Translations under genes and position numbers: made by a program | Shown: positions 20,486 to 31,827 of the stretch, in pieces | Layout: each line of letters begins with the position of its first letter | Position numbering within the stretch: the stretch's first letter is position 1 | Assembly: GCA_009693305.1 (NCBI GenBank) | Contig: SHXN01000001.1 | Coordinates: forward strand, 1-39,861 | Length of the DNA stretch: 39,861 nt | Source: Limnohabitans sp. | Lineage (GTDB): Bacteria > Pseudomonadota > Gammaproteobacteria > Burkholderiales > Burkholderiaceae_C | Direction of reading: 5' to 3' | The notes under the pieces: generated by a model | What the model was told of the DNA's origin: nothing | Seen by the model: the letters and a program-made list of their open reading frames with translations, nothing else | Databases searched by the model: none

Positions 20486-21448
20486 TCAAGACAAGCGATG
20501 AACGCCTGGCAAATGACACGCATAAATGGCGTTGCGCAAAGCAGCGATGGCTTCGTAACGCGTGAAACTTTTTCGCCAAGCTAATACGACGCGACGCGTG
20601 GGCGGCGCATCGGTGCCGTCAACGATCGGCAAGTAGCGAATATAATAGTCAGCACTTTTTTTTCGATTGGCTTGCGACTCTAATGCTTCTTTGGGCACCG
20701 ATAAACGTGGCACCAAGGTCACGCCCATGCCAGCGGCCACCATATGTTTAATGGTTTCTAAAGAAGAGCCTTCAAAACTTTTTCGAATGCCTTCTGCGTT
20801 ACTCGAAAAGCGCGCAAATTCGGGACACACTTCGAGCACGTGATCGCGAAAGCAATGACCATTGCCTAATAACAACATGGTTTCGGATTTGAGTTGTTGT
20901 GCTGTGAGCGATTTGCGCGAAGCCAACGCATGATTACTGGGTAAGGCCGCCATGAATGGCTCATCGTACAAAGGCGCCACGGCCAAACCCGCATCAGGAA
21001 AAGGCTCGGCCATGATGGCGCAATCGATTTCTCCTGAGCGCAACATCTCAAGCAATCGAACCGTGAAATTTTCTTGCAACATGAGTGGCATCTGCGGTGA
21101 TTTTTCGATCGTGTATCGCACGAGTTCAGGTAATAAATAAGGCGCGATGGTGTAAATAACGCCCAACTTGAGTGAGCCTGCGAGTGGGTCTTTGCCACGC
21201 TTGGCAATTTCTTTGATGAGACTGGCTTGCTCAACGACGCTTTGCGCTTGACGAATGATTTCTTCACCCAAAGGTGTCACAGTGACTTCGTTGGCATTAC
21301 GCTCGAAAATTTTGACATCTAATTCATCTTCTAATTTTTTGATGGCAACCGATAAAGTAGGTTGAGAAACAAAACATGCGTCGGCTGCGCGCCCGAAATG
21401 TTTTTCGCGAGCAACGGCAATGATGTATTTGAGTTCGGTCAGTGTCAT
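20486..21448 (-). CDS. oxyR: H2O2-responsive LysR regulator
   Basis: LysR HTH (HFGRAADACFVSQPTLS) and both redox cysteines in GHCFRDHVLEVC; recG-oxyR-ubiA synteny. Confidence 0.88.
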   Translation of the reverse strand: MTLTELKYIIAVAREKHFGRAADACFVSQPTLSVAIKKLEDELDVKIFERNANEVTVTPLGEEIIRQAQSVVEQASLIKEIAKRGKDPLAGSLKLGVIYTIAPYLLPELVRYTIEKSPQMPLMLQENFTVRLLEMLRSGEIDCAIMAEPFPDAGLAVAPLYDEPFMAALPSNHALASRKSLTAQQLKSETMLLLGNGHCFRDHVLEVCPEFARFSSNAEGIRKSFEGSSLETIKHMVAAGMGVTLVPRLSVPKEALESQANRKKSADYYIRYLPIVDGTDAPPTRRVVLAWRKSFTRYEAIAALRNAIYACHLPGVHRLS

Positions 21449-21457
21449 AGTTGAAGT

Positions 21458-23542
21458 TTACGCTTTTAAGTAATCGGATTTGCCACCGAGCCATCGATTG
21501 ATATGTTGTGTGGCCATGTCTGAATATTGATCGAACATAACGGGTGCCAAGGCTCGCGCCCAGTCAAGCAAATCTAAATCAACGGCAAGATCTGCAAATC
21601 GCAACATCGCCGCACCCGATTGTCGTGCACCCAAAAATTCACCTGGGCCACGAATGTCTAAATCTCTGCGTGCAATTTCAAATCCGTCGTTGGTCTGCGC
21701 CATGGCACGCAAACGCTCGCGCGCGGTTTCGCTGACGCGACCGTGCTCAGCCGTGGAGTACAACAAAATGCATGCAGATGCGGCGGCACCTCTGCCCACA
21801 CGCCCGCGCAGTTGATGCAGTTGACTCAAACCAAATCTTTCTGCGTGTTCAATCACCATCAACGATGCATTGGGCACATCTACACCGACTTCTATCACTG
21901 TGGTGCTCACCAGCACGCCCATTTGTCCCGATGTGAACAGTGACATGACGGTTTTTTTATCTGCAACAGGCATGCGTGAATGCAACAAACCCACCATCAC
22001 ACCAGGTAACGAATGCGTCAAGTCTTCATGCGTTTGTGTGACATTAGTGAGGTCGAGTGCTTCGCTCTCTTCAATCAAAGGACAAACCCAATAGACTTGT
22101 CGACCCTCATTGAGTTGAGTGCGAATGCGTTCAATCACTTCATCGCGTCTGGCGTCTGACACCACTTTGGTGACGACGGGCGTTCGACCTGGCGGTAATT
22201 CATCGATGGTCGACACATCCAAATCGGCGTAATAACTCATGGCCAAGGTTCTTGGAATGGGTGTGGCGCTCATCATCAATAAATGCGGTTCTTGTGCTTG
22301 TGCGTTTTCGTCGCTGATTAATTTTTGTCGCAAGGCCAAACGTTGTGCCACACCAAATCGGTGTTGTTCATCGATGATGGCCAATCCAAGTGCATGAAAG
22401 TGCACATGTTGTTGAATGACCGCATGCGTGCCCACCACCAATGCGGCTTGTCCATTGGCAATCACTTCAAGCATAGCGCCGCGTTCTTTTTTCTTTTGAC
22501 TACCTGTGAGCCAAGCCACGCGCAAACCGCGTGGTGACAAGATGGGCTCCAACCAATCGGTGAGTTTTCGAAAATGTTGTTCGGCCAAAATTTCTGTAGG
22601 TGCCATGAGTGCGCATTGCCAACCTGCATCAATCGCTTGAACCGCTGCAATCGCCGCAACCACAGTTTTGCCAGAACCCACGTCGCCTTGCAACAAGCAA
22701 TGCATGGGAATTTGTCTTGATAAATCGTGTTGTATTTCTTGCGTCACGCGTTGTTGTGCATGGGTCAATGCAAAAGGCAACACCGCCATCAATTGTTCAA
22801 CCAGTTTAGATGATTTCACGTTGGGCGTAAGAGGCGGCGCGCGCAACAAAGCACGTTCGCGTTTAGATTGCAATTGCGAGAGTTGTTGTGCCAATAATTC
22901 TTCGGCTTTGAGTCGTTGCCATGCGGGATGCGTTTTGTCATCGAGTTGCGCCATCGACACATCCACCGATGGATGATGCAAAAAAACAAGTGCGTCTTGC
23001 AAACGCCATGTGTGCGGTGGCAAATATTGTTGTGGAATCGTTTCTGTGAACAAACCACTTTTGATGGCGCGTGCTAATCCGCTTTGTACGGCTTTTCGAA
23101 TATAGGCTTGTGGCAATGTGGCTGTTGTGGGGTACACAGGTGTGAGCGCGGTTGCGAGCGCACCACCTGCGGCCTGCACTGTAGGATGCATCATGTTTTT
23201 GCCCATCAATGCGCCGCGCACCTCACCGCGCAAACGCACTTGGCGCCCCACTTCTAATGCTTTTTGCATATTGGGATAAAAATTAAAAAATCTCAAACTG
23301 CATGTATCGGTACCGTCATCCACCACCGCCAACAATTGACGACGCGGTTTAAACACCACTTGGCATGATTTCACCGTGGCTTCAATTTGCACCGTGTCGC
23401 CATCGCGCGCATCGCGCAAAGCAGCAATCGATGTTTCGTCTTCATAACGAAAGGGCAAATGCAATGACAAATCCACATCGCGCACCAATCCCATTTTACG
23501 CAAGGCTTTTTGGGGGGCTGATAAAGGTTTGTTGTTGGTCAT
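21458..23542 (-). CDS. recG: ATP-dependent DNA helicase RecG
   Basis: LLQGDVGSGKT, IIDEQHRFGV, MSATPIPRTL, QLHQLRGRVGRG, DLDIRGPGE; start trimmed to ATG 23542. Confidence 0.97.
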   Translation of the reverse strand: MTNNKPLSAPQKALRKMGLVRDVDLSLHLPFRYEDETSIAALRDARDGDTVQIEATVKSCQVVFKPRRQLLAVVDDGTDTCSLRFFNFYPNMQKALEVGRQVRLRGEVRGALMGKNMMHPTVQAAGGALATALTPVYPTTATLPQAYIRKAVQSGLARAIKSGLFTETIPQQYLPPHTWRLQDALVFLHHPSVDVSMAQLDDKTHPAWQRLKAEELLAQQLSQLQSKRERALLRAPPLTPNVKSSKLVEQLMAVLPFALTHAQQRVTQEIQHDLSRQIPMHCLLQGDVGSGKTVVAAIAAVQAIDAGWQCALMAPTEILAEQHFRKLTDWLEPILSPRGLRVAWLTGSQKKKERGAMLEVIANGQAALVVGTHAVIQQHVHFHALGLAIIDEQHRFGVAQRLALRQKLISDENAQAQEPHLLMMSATPIPRTLAMSYYADLDVSTIDELPPGRTPVVTKVVSDARRDEVIERIRTQLNEGRQVYWVCPLIEESEALDLTNVTQTHEDLTHSLPGVMVGLLHSRMPVADKKTVMSLFTSGQMGVLVSTTVIEVGVDVPNASLMVIEHAERFGLSQLHQLRGRVGRGAAASACILLYSTAEHGRVSETARERLRAMAQTNDGFEIARRDLDIRGPGEFLGARQSGAAMLRFADLAVDLDLLDWARALAPVMFDQYSDMATQHINRWLGGKSDYLKA

Positions 23543-23626
23543 TGCCAATGTTGCAAAAAGTGGAATGGAAAATGTAACAATATACACATCTTCACTTGGA
23601 ACGGGTCTGTCAAGCCCTCAAGCATC

Positions 23627-25871
<2,245 letters not shown>

Positions 25872-25875
25872 GTGA

Positions 25876-27168
25876 TTAACTCAACATGCGCCATGCTTTG
25901 GTAAAAAAATCCACAGTGCCAAAGTTGCCCGACTTTAAACTGATGTGCAAACCTTGCGATGCACTCAAGCTTGAATGCGCATAGCACCATGGGACACCTG
26001 GATCGATTTGCAGACCAATTTGCAACTGCCCCACTTGCAATGCTTGCACACAAGCGCCCGATGTTTCACCACCAGCAACCAACAATTGCGACACGCCTAA
26101 TCGCACCAACCCTTGCGTAATTTGGGCCAAGGTCTGTTCAATCATGGCACCCGACGCTTCAACGTCCCAACGTTTTTGTACTTCTTGCACACGCGCTGGA
26201 TCCGCCGTTGAATAAATTAATACGGCTTTTTGTGAAACCAAGGATTGGGCCCATTGCAATGCTTTTTCAATTTGCACTTGCTTTGCTTGCTCGGTGTGCA
26301 ACTGCATCACGTCAATTTCAAATGCGGGTTGTCCGCTTTGTTTGAAATGTGCGACTTGCGCTTGCGTGGCCTGCGAACAACTACCCGACACAATCGCTTG
26401 AAAACCTTTGGCAGATGGCAACAAACTCGATTGCGCGTTGGGCATTAAATTCCAATTGGCGGGCAATCCAATGGCCACGCCTGAACTCGCTGTCACCAAG
26501 GGTCTATTTTTTAAAGCAGGGCCCAAACGAATCAAATCATCGTTGTTGAGTGCATCCACCACTGCGATTTGAACGCCTTGGGTTTTTAATTCGTTGATGC
26601 GTTGCGTAATCGCCGTGTGTCCTTTGGCCATCACTGTGTGAGCAATCAATCCAACTTTTTTTTGTGATTGCGCTTGTAGCACCCGCACCAAATTGGCGTC
26701 GAGCATAGGTGTGAGCGGGTGATCTTTCATGCTGCTTTCGCTGAGCAACACATCGCCCACAAATAAATAACCGTTGCATACCGTGCGATGGTTGTCTGGA
26801 AACGCGGGTGTGGCAATGGTGAAGTCGGTGTTGAGTGCATCCATCAACGCATCGGTGACGGGGCCGATGTTGCCACGCACATCGCCCTCGTACCAACTGT
26901 CAAACGTGGAGCAATATTTAAAATAAATTTGTTGCGCGCCTTCCGCTCGCAACCATTTCAACGCAAGCAACGATTGCTCAACTGCAAGTGCGGGCGCGAT
27001 GGTGCGTGATTTAAGCGCGACAACCACCGCATCGACATCGGATTGCAAAGACTCATTGGGCACACCAATGGTTTGCACCACACGCATACCTGCGCGCACC
27101 AAGTTGTTGGCCAAATCGGTTGCGCCTGTAAAGTCATCTGCAATGCATCCCAAAACAATCGATGGCAT
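25876..27168 (-). CDS. otnK: 3-oxo-tetronate kinase (DUF1537 four-carbon acid sugar kinase)
   Basis: LGCIADDFTGATD, FKYCSTFDS, GNIGPV, HPLTPM.DANL, AGGETSGA, LKSGNFG; start trimmed to ATG 27168. Confidence 0.88.
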   Translation of the reverse strand: MPSIVLGCIADDFTGATDLANNLVRAGMRVVQTIGVPNESLQSDVDAVVVALKSRTIAPALAVEQSLLALKWLRAEGAQQIYFKYCSTFDSWYEGDVRGNIGPVTDALMDALNTDFTIATPAFPDNHRTVCNGYLFVGDVLLSESSMKDHPLTPMLDANLVRVLQAQSQKKVGLIAHTVMAKGHTAITQRINELKTQGVQIAVVDALNNDDLIRLGPALKNRPLVTASSGVAIGLPANWNLMPNAQSSLLPSAKGFQAIVSGSCSQATQAQVAHFKQSGQPAFEIDVMQLHTEQAKQVQIEKALQWAQSLVSQKAVLIYSTADPARVQEVQKRWDVEASGAMIEQTLAQITQGLVRLGVSQLLVAGGETSGACVQALQVGQLQIGLQIDPGVPWCYAHSSLSASQGLHISLKSGNFGTVDFFTKAWRMLS

Positions 27169-27169
27169 A

Positions 27170-28438
27170 TCAATTCTCTTCGGTTGTGAAAACGGTGAGG
27201 ACACCTGTATAGCCGTACAAATTGCGATGTGCAATTTCACCGCTGGCAAAAAAACCAACCAAGGGCACATCACCTAAGGCGCGACGCAATAATTGAAGCT
27301 CTGCACTGGGCCCGCCAAAATGTGGGCCGCCTCGCCCTGAGCAACTGACATAAATAGCACCCGCCATTCTTCTAGCGGGATGCGGCGCTGAAAAATCTTC
27401 ATCCGACAATTGCATCGCTACTTCTTGTGTAATGTCTTCGGGCTCTAAAGCTTCACGAATTTCGGAGCCCATGCGCAACAAATCTGCACGTGCAGCAAAT
27501 GCATCGCGCTGACAAAAAGTAAGTTGCATGCCCACTTCAACGGAATGCGCAACAGCAACGCCATGTTGTTCTGGATCTAAACCAATGATGTGACGCACCA
27601 TGACTTCTTCTTCAAACTCACCCGTGCGTTTGATCGATGATTGCTGCTGTGACGACAAACCCACCAATGTTGAACGCACTTTGGTAATCGCTTTTAACGG
27701 TTCATCCAATGACACGCCCAACTCTTCCATCAACACATACAAAGCAGGAAAGTCATTGAGTTTTAAAACCAAATGCCCTTGCGCCTCAGTCACGGTATGC
27801 GTTATTCCAACGGGCTGACAACCTTGAGTGACGCGCGAAACCAGTGCCACATCAGAGCTAAAAGCAACGCCACTCAATCCACCTTCAAATACACCGCTGA
27901 CTTGAGTGTTGGGTACATCGCTTCCATGCGCATTGACAGAAAACTGAATGGTTTGATGTCGACTCGATGCCAAGCCACCAAACACATAGCCTTGTGTTGT
28001 GAGATCGGCCACGTCTTCAATGAGCTCTGAAATTTCAGGCGTTTGTGCATCCGCATGAATCAATGCTGTTTGTGCCACAAAATCTTGCGGCCCTGCTTGA
28101 CCCAAGCGTGACAAGCCATTGAACACTTGAAATTGATCGACAGGCAAATCGCACAGCATTAAAACCAATGCAGGCTCATCAAAATACTCAACATTGTTGG
28201 ATGAAACACCGACGCCCACTGTGCCACTCCAATGCGCAATATTGCTTAATTCATCGCGCAAATGATCGAAGATGTCTTGTGCCTGACTTACATAATGATC
28301 GGTGATATAGAGAAGGCCTAATGTTGGCTTAGAGGCATATTCGGGCAAGGCCATTTGTTCACGAACTTGCGCCAGCACCAAACCCGCCGCCATTAGCCAT
28401 TGCGGATGGGTTGCATGGCCATAGGGAAATAATTTCAT
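27170..28438 (-). CDS. FIST domain signal-transduction protein
   Basis: GLLYITD, FGGLASS, SRVTQGCQP, YVSCSGRG, PLVGFFA.GEI, LYGYTGVL. Confidence 0.85.
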   Translation of the reverse strand: MKLFPYGHATHPQWLMAAGLVLAQVREQMALPEYASKPTLGLLYITDHYVSQAQDIFDHLRDELSNIAHWSGTVGVGVSSNNVEYFDEPALVLMLCDLPVDQFQVFNGLSRLGQAGPQDFVAQTALIHADAQTPEISELIEDVADLTTQGYVFGGLASSRHQTIQFSVNAHGSDVPNTQVSGVFEGGLSGVAFSSDVALVSRVTQGCQPVGITHTVTEAQGHLVLKLNDFPALYVLMEELGVSLDEPLKAITKVRSTLVGLSSQQQSSIKRTGEFEEEVMVRHIIGLDPEQHGVAVAHSVEVGMQLTFCQRDAFAARADLLRMGSEIREALEPEDITQEVAMQLSDEDFSAPHPARRMAGAIYVSCSGRGGPHFGGPSAELQLLRRALGDVPLVGFFASGEIAHRNLYGYTGVLTVFTTEEN

Positions 28439-28973
28439 GTTTTACGAACACCTTTGATCGTCTGTTTTTTGGGCGTGACTGCGGATCTTTTATTGCGTGT
28501 TGCTTTTTGTGGTTCTGCTTTGACCGCAGTGGCCGCGGCGTGCGTTTGCAAATCTTGAACCGTTTTATCTGTAATCTGTGTGAATTGTTGTGTAAGCGCG
28601 CCCCACAAAACCATGGGATCGACGGCTGGTGTTTTTTCATTCGTTGAAGTCGATGCCACTGGCATCTCGGTTGTTTTGAGTTGCAAGGACTGCGACAGCT
28701 GTTCTGCGCTGAGGTTTATCCCTTGCAAGGTAGAGAGCGTCATTCGCTGGACTTCCATCGCTTGAATCGTCGCGCTCAATGCTTTAGAGTTTTGCTGAAG
28801 CCAAAATTGAACCGCTTTGAGTTCTTGAATTTTTTTTCGATTTCTTTGGGATCGAGTGAAGGCGTGACCCAACTCGACATGGGAAAAGGCGTCGATCGCT
28901 GTGTTGATAGTTGTTTTAAAAAATCAAATCCAGGAATCATTTTTTGAAAATCAAATGCAGGAGGTGTAGTCAT
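28435..28973 (-). pseudogene. phaM: PhaM-family PHA granule protein, split by a 1-nt deletion in an A8 run
   Basis: Frame 1 MTTPPAFDFQKMIPGFDFL...WVTPSLDPKEIEKK joins frame 2 IQELKAVQFWLQQN..AL.ATIQAMEVQRMTL if one A is added at 28830-28837, giving 179 aa. The stop overlaps the FIST ATG. Confidence 0.75.
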
Positions 28974-29015
28974 AGGTATCGATGTGTGTAAATAAAAGAG
29001 ATGAGGGTTGATTAG

Positions 29016-29684
29016 CTATTTGTTTTCCATTTTAAATTGAATGGGTATTTGAAACCACATGGCCTCTGGCACCCCTCCACGCTGACCTGGCACATAACTC
29101 CACTGCAGCACAGCGTCTAATGCCGATTGGTCCAAGCGATCATAGCCTGAGCTTTGCGCAATTTGGGCTTGTTGGGCTTGTCCATCCACACCAATCAAAA
29201 CTTGTACAACCACACGGCCTTGTTCACCAAGTCGCTTGCTGATCCGAGGATATTGGGGTTGCGCACGATTTTTGTAGTCGGCCAGCGTGGTTGGCAATTC
29301 AATAGGGGCGGGTTTTTCTTGCGGGGCCGCGCCAGATGACGGCGTTGTTGTTGCTGTGGAGTGATGGCTTGCACTTACGTTCAATGATGCAGATGACGTC
29401 ATGGGGGACGGTGCAGAAAGGGAAGCGGTCGTTGGCGTTGAACTTGAGTTGGGTACGACGGCCGCAACTGGCGGAGAATTTGGGCGCGATGCACTCATCT
29501 CCTTTTGAATGGAGGGTGTCGTTGCTTTTGGATGGCTGATTTCAAGTTTTTGTGAAGTCATCGGCACTTGAACAATGGTTTCTTCTTCTTTTGTTAATTG
29601 ATCTGTATTTGAAAAATAAACAAGCAACACACCATGCACAAGCAACACGGCGCCAGAGATCCAAGCGATTTGTTGTTTGTGCAT
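29016..29684 (-). CDS. Energy transducer TonB family protein
   Basis: N-terminal TM with His (AVLLVHG), Ser/Thr/Pro linker and TonB_C domain (YP.ISKRLGEQGRV, SSGYDRLD..AL.AV..W, IPIQF). Confidence 0.85.
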   Translation of the reverse strand: MHKQQIAWISGAVLLVHGVLLVYFSNTDQLTKEEETIVQVPMTSQKLEISHPKATTPSIQKEMSASRPNSPPVAAVVPNSSSTPTTASLSAPSPMTSSASLNVSASHHSTATTTPSSGAAPQEKPAPIELPTTLADYKNRAQPQYPRISKRLGEQGRVVVQVLIGVDGQAQQAQIAQSSGYDRLDQSALDAVLQWSYVPGQRGGVPEAMWFQIPIQFKMENK

Positions 29685-29704
29685 TTTAAAGGCGGCAAAA
29701 AAAA

Positions 29705-30718
29705 CTAACTAGCAACCAATGACTCTATTTTTTGATCGATCGCACCAAAAATACTTTGGCCGTCTTTGCTTTTCATTTCAATGCGAATGGTGTCGCCGTA
29801 TTTCATATATTCGGTCGTCACTTTGCCGTCTAGTATTGTTTCAATGGCTCGCTTTTCTGCAATACAGCTATAACCTTTAGGCCAATCTTTTTTTCCTTTT
29901 GATTCGACCGCTTTGTTGCTGACCGTGCCACTGCCGATGATGCTTCCCGCACGCACATTGCGTGTTTTGCAAAGATGCGAGATGAGTTGGCCAAAATGAA
30001 AAGTCATCTCAGGCCCTGCATCGCACATCCCTACTTTTTTTCCATTCCACGTTGTTTGCATGGTTAAATGAATTCGACCTTTGTCCCACGCTTCGCCAAA
30101 CTCATCAATGGTGACCGCAACGGGGCTGAATGCCGTGGCGGGTTTGCCTTGTAAAAAACCAAAGCCCTTTGCAATTTCGTCAGGGATTAAATTACGCAAT
30201 GACACATCATTGGCCAACATGACCAATCGAATGCCTTCTAATGCTTGTTTGGGCGATGCAGTCATGGGCACATCACCCGTGATAACTGCAAGCTCCGCCT
30301 CAAAGTCAATCCCATAGTCTTCGCTTGCACAAATGACATCATCACAAGCACCCATGAAATCATCGCTTCCACCTTGATAGATCAAAGGGTCGGTGTAATA
30401 ATTGGCAGGAACTTCGGTATTGCGTGATGCACGCACCAACTCGACGTGATTGATGTAGGCCGATGCATCGGCCCATTGGTACGCACGCGGCAACGGGGCC
30501 ATGCACATTTGAGGATCAAATGCAAAGGCGTGGCGCGCTTTTCCTTGATTGATCGTGTCATACAAATCTTGCAATTGGGGCGATAAAAAATCCCAATCAT
30601 CCAAAACATTTTGTAATCGATGCGCAATGTCTGTCGCATAATGCGCTGTGTGCAAATCGCGAGAAACCACCACCAGTTGTCCATCGCGCGAGCCATCTTT
30701 ATAAGTGGCTAATTTCAT
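29705..30718 (-). CDS. Fumarylacetoacetate hydrolase family protein
   Basis: MKLATYKDGSRDG, PLPRAYQWAD, IDFEAELAV, NDVSLRN, GSGTVSN. Confidence 0.9.
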   Translation of the reverse strand: MKLATYKDGSRDGQLVVVSRDLHTAHYATDIAHRLQNVLDDWDFLSPQLQDLYDTINQGKARHAFAFDPQMCMAPLPRAYQWADASAYINHVELVRASRNTEVPANYYTDPLIYQGGSDDFMGACDDVICASEDYGIDFEAELAVITGDVPMTASPKQALEGIRLVMLANDVSLRNLIPDEIAKGFGFLQGKPATAFSPVAVTIDEFGEAWDKGRIHLTMQTTWNGKKVGMCDAGPEMTFHFGQLISHLCKTRNVRAGSIIGSGTVSNKAVESKGKKDWPKGYSCIAEKRAIETILDGKVTTEYMKYGDTIRIEMKSKDGQSIFGAIDQKIESLVAS

Positions 30719-30792
30719 CGGTGTTTCCTTTCAGTTGCAAGAGGATGCGAGGCCCAAAAAAAGAGATACAAAACTCTATTCATTCCATTATC

Positions 30793-31827
30793 TTGACTCC
30801 ATTCAAATTCTATCCAAATCCTCGTTGGCGACATATCGTCTGGCTATCGCTTGGTGTATGGATCTTACACCTGATTGTTTTACAAAATATTTCTTTATGG
30901 GGAACGGATGAAGAAACGCCTTTTAAAACCATGGTGGTGATGCAGTCCACGCAAGCGACAGGGCCCACACCCAAGACTATCGACACTCCAAAACCTCGTA
31001 AAAAAACAATTCCACCCCCCGCGCCCGTTGTGCCCAACAATGCGCCGTCTTCTCCAGAGCCCATTCCCGCGCAAGCCACAAGCCCATCGACACCATCGCT
31101 CGCTCCTCCCCCTGAAGAAGTCTTAATCGCACCAACAGAAAAAAAAGAAAGCACTGAGCCCACACAACCCAAGCCCATCGCTATCCCTTATGCCATTCCT
31201 GGATCAACACGTATGCGCTATGAAGTAAGCGGCACCGTACGTAATCTCAACTACACCGCCAGCGGTGAGCTTTTGTGGCAACACGATGGTCAAAAATACA
31301 ACGCACGGTACGAAGTGAGCGCTTTTTTGTTGGGCTCACGCAGTCAAACCAGCGTCGGCCAAATCAGCGCACAGGGTTTAATGCCTTCTCGGTTTGGCGA
31401 TAAAAACAGAAACGAGTTAGCGGTTGATTTTGATCGTGAAAAAGCATTGATTGTTTACAGTGCCAATTCAACACCGTCTACTTTAATGGAAGGTGCGCAA
31501 GATCGTTTAAGCGTGTTGATTCAATTAGGCGCGCGTTTGGCGGGTGACACAAATACACAAATCGCAGGGTCAACCATACAAATGCCAGTGGTCTCAACGC
31601 GAGAAAGCGAAACTTGGTTGTTTGTGGTTGATGGTGAAGAAAAAATTGACCTGCCCTATCAATCGCTCAAAACATTAAAAGTGACACGAACACCAAGGCG
31701 CGACTACGATCAAAAAATTGAAGTATGGTTATCGCCTCAATTGGCGATGATGCCTGTGCGATTTAAATTAACTCAATCCAATGGCGATTTTGTCGATCAA
31801 AAATTACGCTCGGTCAGCATGCCCTAA
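30793..31827 (+). CDS. DUF3108 domain protein with N-terminal TM and Pro-rich linker (start uncertain; ORF is open from 30721)
   Basis: TM WLSLGVWILHLIVL, Pro-rich spacer, then LLWQHDGQKY, SQTSVG, GAQDRLS, EVWLSP...PVR typical of Burkholderiales DUF3108. Confidence 0.72.
   Translation: MTPFKFYPNPRWRHIVWLSLGVWILHLIVLQNISLWGTDEETPFKTMVVMQSTQATGPTPKTIDTPKPRKKTIPPPAPVVPNNAPSSPEPIPAQATSPSTPSLAPPPEEVLIAPTEKKESTEPTQPKPIAIPYAIPGSTRMRYEVSGTVRNLNYTASGELLWQHDGQKYNARYEVSAFLLGSRSQTSVGQISAQGLMPSRFGDKNRNELAVDFDREKALIVYSANSTPSTLMEGAQDRLSVLIQLGARLAGDTNTQIAGSTIQMPVVSTRESETWLFVVDGEEKIDLPYQSLKTLKVTRTPRRDYDQKIEVWLSPQLAMMPVRFKLTQSNGDFVDQKLRSVSMP

Noticed and set aside
23568-23593. Imperfect palindrome GAAAATGT-N10-ACATCTTC / ATGT-N8-ACAC as an SOS box for recG
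   Set aside because: Two mismatches to CTGT-N8-ACAG in an AT-rich spacer; could easily be chance.
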